From: Mycoplasmataceae bacterium
GTDB lineage: Bacteria; Bacillota_I; Bacilli_A; Mycoplasmatales; Mycoplasmoidaceae
Direction of reading: 5' to 3'
Assembly (NCBI GenBank): GCA_020024735.1
Contig: JAHHTI010000001.1
Span: forward strand, 1-40,995
DNA length: 40,995 nt
Below the pieces are notes generated by a model. It was not told where the DNA came from. It did not search any database and was given only the letters and a program-made list of their open reading frames with translations. The position numbers and the translations under genes are program-made. Positions 35,366 to 40,995 of this stretch are shown piece after piece. Positions within the stretch are counted from its first letter, which is position 1. Each line of letters starts with the position of its first letter.

Positions 35366-35674
35366 TTATTTTCTATAATTTTCGATATTAGATAATAATT
35401 GGTTTTCAGGAATAAATCCATTACTACGACCAACTTCTTGACCGTTTTTAAAGTAAATTATAGTAGGAATAGATTGTACATTATGTTTTTCTGCTAAATC
35501 AGAAAAATCATCAATATTTAACTTGTAAAGATTATATTCAGGATGTGCTTCAGAGATTTTTTCAATAACTGGGCCTAACATTCTACATGGTCCACATCAT
35601 TCTGCAAAGAAATCAATCACAGCATAATCAGCTTGCATTAATTCATCATATTTTGATTTATTTTCAATTTTCAT
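35366..35674 (-). CDS. trxA: Thioredoxin (102 aa)
   Basis: Track ORF 35366-35581 extends upstream through TGA at 35597-35599 to ATG at 35674, with the RBS AAGGAG. The active site is FFAEWCGPC, with the invariant W encoded by TGA. Confidence 0.93.
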
Positions 35675-35756
35675 ATTTGTCTCCTTGAATTTTATTATTA
35701 TCAATATTCTAACATAAATAAAAATAAATATTTTTGCTTATTTATTTGTGGATAAT

Positions 35757-37958
35757 TTATTTTATATCTTCTCTATAATCACATCCATTTTTGTCTTTTT
35801 TAGAATATCCTTCACAGCCAATAAATCTAGTACTTTTCTTACCTTTACCTTTACAATAAACAAGATCTTTGCCACACTTAGGACACTTTCTACCTACTAA
35901 TTCTTTTCTAATATAACGACATGTAGGGTAACCACTACATCCAACAAATGTTCCATTTTTAGAATAACGTTCAGTTAGTTTTTTTCCACACATTGGACAA
36001 TCTTCATCCAAGATTTTAGATGGGGTAGGTTCTTTGGCTACTAATGATTCAGTAAAATTACAACCTTTATTTTTTGCTGCTCAACCTGAACAACCAATGA
36101 ATTTTCCATTACGTCCTTGCTTATAAACAAGATCCTTTCCACATAGCGGACATTTTCTTCCTTCAACTATTTCATCAGGTGTTTTTACTAAATTAGTCTT
36201 TGCATCGCTCATAACTTGTTTAAAATCATCATAGATGTTTTTTAATCATTCTTGATATTTTATATTACCATCAGCAATAACACTTAAACTTTCTTCCATT
36301 TGTGCTGTAAATACCTTAGAAATAAATTTAGAGAAGTGTTGACTTAAAGAATCAATTAATCTTACTCCTAATGGGGTTGGTCTTAATTCTTTTTTATGCC
36401 CTTCTGGTAATTCACTAGCAGGAATAATATAATCACGACCTTTAATTACTTTTAACATTGTTCCATAAGTAGAAGGTCTTCCAATTTTATCTTTATCTAA
36501 TTGTTGAATTAAACTAGCTTCAGTAAAGTATGGATCAGTTTTAGTTTCATGATAACCAACTTCTGGACCACTAATTGGTTTTAAAATATCCCCAATTTTA
36601 AGGTAACTTAAATCAATTTCTTCTTTTTTGTTAAATCAAGGAATGATTTTGTATCCTTGGAAAGTAGTAATTGAATTGCTTGTATAGAATTTGTATTCTT
36701 CTTTTCCTTTTGCTATCTTAAATCTAAATTCAGTAGATTTAGTGGTAGGTGGTTTCATTAAAGAAGCAATTGTTTGTGATCATATTAATGTATACAACTT
36801 ACAAATCTTATCAGCACTAGTTTTTTTAGATTCTTCCTTACTTAAATTAATATTATCCTTTAATCATTCAGGAGTAATGGTAATATCAACTGGACGAATC
36901 CCTTCATGGGCACCTTGAACCATTGGACCATTATTAAAACTTAGATTCTTTTCTCCAACATATTCTTGACCATATGTTTTAGCAATATAATCTTTAGTGT
37001 TTTTAATAAAACCTTCATTTAAACGATTAATATCAGTACGTGGATAAGTAGTTAATGAAACAGATTCATTATTAATAGTGACACCTTCATACATTACTTG
37101 TGCTAATTTAGTAACTTCATCATTACTTCAACCAAAAGTATTAATTGCTTTTGTTAATAATGTATCAGTTTTAAAAGGTTGAATAGTTTTTCCTATTTTT
37201 TCTTGTTTAGGTTCAATATTATAAAGTTCATATTCATTACCTAACTTGGCAATCATATCAATAGCTTTTTTAGCATCATCTTCACTATTAAATGTGTATT
37301 CATATGGATCCATATTCTTAGTTTTGATATTGTCAAAAGTAGCGTCATTTCTCAAATAGATAGGAAAATTACCTTTTAATTTAGTATCTATAGTTCATCA
37401 TGGTTCAGGAATAAAAGCTTCTACTTGTTTCGCTCTTTCAACAACAAATAACAATGCTACTGATTGAACACGACCAGCTGAATCAGCTTTTAATTTATTC
37501 TTTACCAATCTTGATAAATCATATCCAATAAAACGGTCTAAAATTCTTCTAGCTCATTGAGAATAAACTTCATCCATATTAATATCTCGAGGTTCTTTAA
37601 TTGCACTAGTAATGGCTTCCTTGGTAATTTCATTGAAAGTAATTCTTTTACATTTACTTTGATATTTTTTATCAATAATATCTCATAAATGTCATGCAAT
37701 AGCTTCTCCCTCACGGTCGGGGTCGGTTGCTAGTAAAATAGAATCAGCTTTAGCAGAAAGTTGATTGATTTGTTCAATTCTTTCCTCAGCTCCTGCTTTC
37801 ATTTCTCAACGTGGTTGAAAAGTTTTAGTGTCAAATCCTGGATTTGCCTTAGTAATATCACGAATATGTCCAACTGATGCCATAACCACATAATCTGATC
37901 CCAAATATTTTTCAATAGTTTTAACTTTTCCTGGTGATTCGACAATTAATAAAGTCAT
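35757..37958 (-). CDS. topA: DNA topoisomerase I (733 aa)
   Basis: Four track ORFs are in one frame, and the N-terminus was translated by hand from ATG at 37958. It has Toprim [20 protein letters not shown] and [16 protein letters not shown], the active-site region TTYPRTD, and C-terminal zinc ribbons CPKCG / CPMCGKKL / GCSGYPTC. Confidence 0.95.
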
Positions 37959-38108
37959 GGCAACTCCTAAAATTTACATAGTATATTATATAGGTATAGA
38001 ACTCTATCTATATGCTTTTTTCATATATCTATATTTATATAGATAAATTTTTATTGCTATCAATTTACCTTTTTCATATTTAATTGATTCTATGGTATAT
38101 AAAACCTT

Positions 38109-38792
38109 CTAATTACTGATTTTATATTTAGTAGCAAAGTTTAAGTAAGATGGATTACTGTCTCCAATTACTTGCATACTTCTTTTTTCAAAATTAGAAA
38201 TATTTTTATATAAAGTAAACTCAGTATCATTAGTGTTAAAGAATACAGATTTATTACTAATTCCCAATAGCATTCTTAATGCATTTTGTTGGAATGTATT
38301 ATCTCCATTTGTAGGAATTTCAGTAATATAAATAATATTTTTATTATCTTTGATTTTATCAACAATACTTTGATTGTACTTGGCAAAATCTACTAGGATG
38401 AACTTAATGTTCTTAGTTGCATACTTTAATGCAATATCAATGTTTTTATCATTAGCACTTAAAGCTAAAGTATTATTTAATAGAAAAATCTTCTTTAGAT
38501 TTTCTTCATCTATATCTCCTCATAGGGATGTAATTCTTACTGGTTGTAATATATTAATGTCTCCTGAATAATAAATTGTTAAAGGTGGCATATATATTGC
38601 TTTATAATTTTCTGGATATCTTACATCAATAATAGATAAATAATTAGTTTGTTCATCTATATCGTAGAATTTTTCTAAATCAACTACTTCGATTCTTTCC
38701 TTTCTTTGGATTGCTTCATAAATACTATCTCAATCTCCGTGGTATTTATAGGCAAAAAAATTAATAACTTTATTCATTTCAAATTTACTCAT
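38109..38792 (-). CDS. dprA: Divergent DprA/Smf-like DNA-processing protein (227 aa)
   Basis: It is not in the ORF track because TGA at 38730 and 38520 break it into short pieces. The whole frame was walked from ATG at 38792 (RBS AAGGAAAC) to TAG at 38109-38111. It has the DprA-type N-terminal motif YPENYKAIYMPPLTIYYSGD and the conserved position upstream of topA. The canonical SGxAxGID motif is not recognisable. Confidence 0.6.
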
Positions 38793-38901
38793 TTGGTTGT
38801 TTCCTTTCTTTTAGTTATTTTTTTGGATCTCTCCATATATGTAAGTGCTGTTTTTTTGTAAAATCACTAAAAAAAATAAAAATTTTTACCAAAATGATGA
38901 A

Positions 38902-39336
38902 TTATCAAAGGTTTTTTATCGATTTTTTATCATCTTTTTTCTTCATATCTTCACGTTTATCGTAAAGTTTCTTCCCTTTTGCAAGAGCAATTTCTACTTT
39001 TATTTTGCCTTTGTTTCAATAAACTTTTAAAGGAATAACTGTTAATCTATCCTTTTTATGCTGAAAATCAATTTTTAAAATCTCTCGCTTATTTAATAAA
39101 AGTTTCCGGTTACGATAAGGATCTTTATTTTGAATATTCCCTTGTTCATAGGGAGCAACATGCATATTTAAGATTCATGCTTCTCCTTTAATAAATGTTA
39201 TATATGCTTCATTAATAGAACAGTTAGCCTTAGAAATGGATTTAACTTCAGTACCAAAAAGCTCGATTCCAGCTTCATACTTATCTAAAATTTCATAATT
39301 ACGATTAGCATTTTTATTAGTACATAAAATTTTCAC
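38902..39336 (-). CDS. smpB: SsrA-binding protein SmpB (144 aa, GTG start)
   Basis: Translated by hand as [34 protein letters not shown]...[11 protein letters not shown]...[17 protein letters not shown]. There are two internal TGA codons, with TGA-TAA at the end (TAA at 38902-38904). The sequence is absent from the track on this strand. Confidence 0.9.
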
Positions 39337-39436
39337 AACTATATTATATACTACCTAAGTAGATACATCATCTAGTAGCTTTGTTTTTATACAAGTAACT
39401 CACTTTGGTTAGTTTTATATGCAAATATGAATATGA

Positions 39437-39519
39437 TGAGTATTCCTTTTAAAAAAGACAGGAAAATACTCAGGTATCTCGTCTTCCTTTAATGATATAA
39501 TTATAAATTATATAAAGGA
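39437..39519 (+). promoter_or_regulatory. Candidate structured 5' leader of metK with a hairpin that sequesters the Shine-Dalgarno sequence
   Basis: Hairpin 1: TGAGTATTCC (39437-39446) pairs with GGAAAATACTCA (39461-39472), with a 2-nt bulge. Hairpin 2: TCCTTTA (39484-39490) pairs with TAAAGGA (39513-39519), and an inner ATATAATT/AATTATAT stem extends it. The 3' arm covers the AAGGAG RBS 7 nt before the ATG. Confidence 0.3.
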
Positions 39520-39525
39520 GTTCTT

Positions 39526-40659
39526 ATGGCACATTACGTAAATTTAATCACTAGTGAATCAGTGGGAGCAGGACATCCTGACAAAATTTGTGACCAGATA
39601 TCTGATCATATTTTGGATGCTTGTTTAAAAAATGATCCATATTCTAGAGTTGCTTGTGAAGTTTTTGCTAGTAACCATCTAATAGTGATTGGTGGGGAAA
39701 TTACTACTAATTCCTATGTGGATGTAGTGAAATGTGCTTGAGATGTAGTTTTACCTCTTGGTTATAATGAAAATGAATTTACCATTATTTCTAATGTTAA
39801 TTCCCAATCACCTGATATTTCGCAAACTATTAATAAGAGTGATGGACAAATTGGTGCTGGTGACCAAGGGATTGTTTATGGTTATGCTACTAATGAAACT
39901 AAAACTTTAATGCCTTTATCTATTGTATTAGCTCATGAATTAGTGAAAAGAGCGGAACACTTAAGAAAAACAGGTAAATTTAAATGAGCTAAAAGTGATA
40001 TGAAATCACAAGTAACAATTGATTACAATAATCCAAAAAAACCTGTAGATACTGTACTAATGAGTATTCAACACGATGAAAACTACAAACCTAAAGAATT
40101 TGCTAAATTCATTAAAGATGAAATTATTATGAAAGTATTAAAGGAATATAAAGTTAATCTTGATCCGCATATCATTATTAATCCATCAGGGAAATTCGTG
40201 GTTGGAGGTCCTATCGGAGATACTGGTCTAACAGGAAGAAAAATTATTGTAGATACATATGGTGGTATCTCACGACATGGTGGTGGTGCTTTTAGTGGTA
40301 AGGACTGTACTAAAGTAGATCGTTCTGGTGCTTATATGGCTAGATACATTGCTAAGAACATTGTCGCAGCAGGATTAGCTGACAAGTGCGAAGTTCAATT
40401 AGCTTTTGGAATTGGTTTAACTGAACCAATTGCTATTTATGTAGACTGCTTTGGTACTAATAAAATAAGTGTTGAAGAAATCATTAAAATCATTCATCAA
40501 GTATTTGACTTATCAGTAGCTGGTTTTATTGAAAATCTAAATCTAAGAAAACCACAATTTAGAAAATTAGCAACTTATGGACACTTCGGTAGAGAAGAAC
40601 TAAACGTAGCATGAGAAGCATTAGATAAAGTTAATGCCATTAAAAAATTAATTAAATAA
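39526..40659 (+). CDS. metK: S-adenosylmethionine synthetase (377 aa)
   Basis: Track ORFs 39526-39741 and 40000-40614 are in one frame, and the gap was walked (TGA at 39739 and 39985). TGA at 40612, TAA at 40657-40659. Motifs: [38 protein letters not shown]. Confidence 0.95.
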
Positions 40660-40667
40660 ATAATAAA

Positions 40668-40702
40668 AGTACCACCTAGCTAAAGGTGATACTATTTATT
40701 TT
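40668..40702 (+). terminator. Intrinsic terminator of metK
   Basis: AGTACCACCT-AGCTAA-AGGTGATACT (10-bp stem with one mismatch), followed by ATTTATTTT. It lies between the convergent stops at 40659 and 40726. Confidence 0.6.
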
Positions 40703-40725
40703 CATTTAAATCCTATTAGATTCTA

Positions 40726-40995
40726 TTAATAACCTTCATAAGTATCAATGAAGTATGAAACTGCATTGTTTAGCACTTCAATAGGAACATCATTATTTCT
40801 TAAGATAATATCAAATAATGGAGCAGTGTTATTTCTAGTAGAAAGAGTATTAGCTCAATTCATAAAATCACTACCAGTATGACTCTTTTGATACTTATCA
40901 AGAGCTTTCATATACAATCCTTCCATTACTTGTAAACCATTGTAGTATGAAACAGCTTGACCTACATATTCAAGGTAACGTTTAGTTTCACGCTT
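40726..40995 (-). CDS. C-terminal 89 codons of an unidentified protein (continues beyond the window)
   Basis: The frame is open from the window edge to TAA at 40726-40728, with one TGA (40855). The sequence is ...YLEYVGQAVSYYNGLQVMEGLYMKALDKYQKSHTGSDFMNWANTLSTRNN...SYFIDTYEGY. I cannot assign a family from this fragment. Confidence 0.55.

Noticed and set aside
34920-35433. Track ORFs 34920-35108 and 35245-35433 (62 aa each) could be extra small genes near the orphan locus.
   Set aside because: The first is an alternative frame inside the orphan CDS. The second spans the trxA terminator and the TA-repeat promoter and overlaps the trxA 3' end. Both are hydrophobic, low-complexity artefacts.
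38027-38044. The AT-only palindrome ATCTATAT-TT-ATATAGAT between dprA and topA could be an operator or a terminator.
   Set aside because: It is composed purely of A/T and has no flanking U-tract. Such palindromes are expected by chance in this base composition.
38580-38702. I suspected two compensating frameshifts in the dprA-like gene during a first manual translation.
   Set aside because: Re-reading the exact sequence lines showed that I had miscounted bases. The frame is continuous from 38792 to 38109, with only two TGA codons.

Overview
This is a very AT-rich, Mollicutes-type (Mycoplasma-like) chromosomal segment that has to be read with translation table 4 (TGA = Trp). In the supplied ORF track most genes appear as 2-10 fragments in one frame, separated only by TGA. 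Conserved tryptophans are TGA-encoded: the W of the thioredoxin WCGPC site at 35597-35599 and the W of GyrB MIWEIVDN at 9873-9875. After walking the gaps by hand and merging fragments I call 33 CDS (one partial, one speculative) and one tRNA-Trp(CCA). I also call several intrinsic terminators and some repeat or regulatory elements. Most of the content is housekeeping: sufC / sufD-like / sufS, gyrB-gyrA with a yaaA-like S4 gene and dnaN upstream, and serS, tdk, ychF, an aldolase homolog, rpoE, an HD hydrolase and gltX. The rest is dnaX-ybaB-recR, a DegV protein, thrS, trxA, topA, a dprA-like gene, smpB and metK. Items worth a second look: (1) A 2036-aa surface protein (13763-19873, minus) has membrane anchors at both ends and six to seven diverged ~215-aa modules, each opened by an I-W-x(4-7)-F-[FY]-x-x-D-W motif. 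It contains 29 in-frame TGA codons and a poly(A)8 tract at codons 3-5, a candidate slipped-strand switch. (2) An orphan 256-aa gene (34450-35220, minus) sits between thrS and trxA. Its promoter region carries a (TA)9 microsatellite bracketed by inverted TTGACA hexamers, a candidate spacer-length phase switch. (3) A class II aldolase homolog has substitutions at all three canonical zinc-ligand histidines. (4) ThrRS lacks the TGS domain and the editing-site His/Cys residues. (5) The suf cluster is minimal, with a truncated SufB/D-like protein. (6) There are structured non-coding stretches at 1-397 and in the metK leader. I found no CRISPR array, transposase, integrase, rRNA or obvious prophage content. 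All homology statements rest on motif recognition by eye, with no database search.
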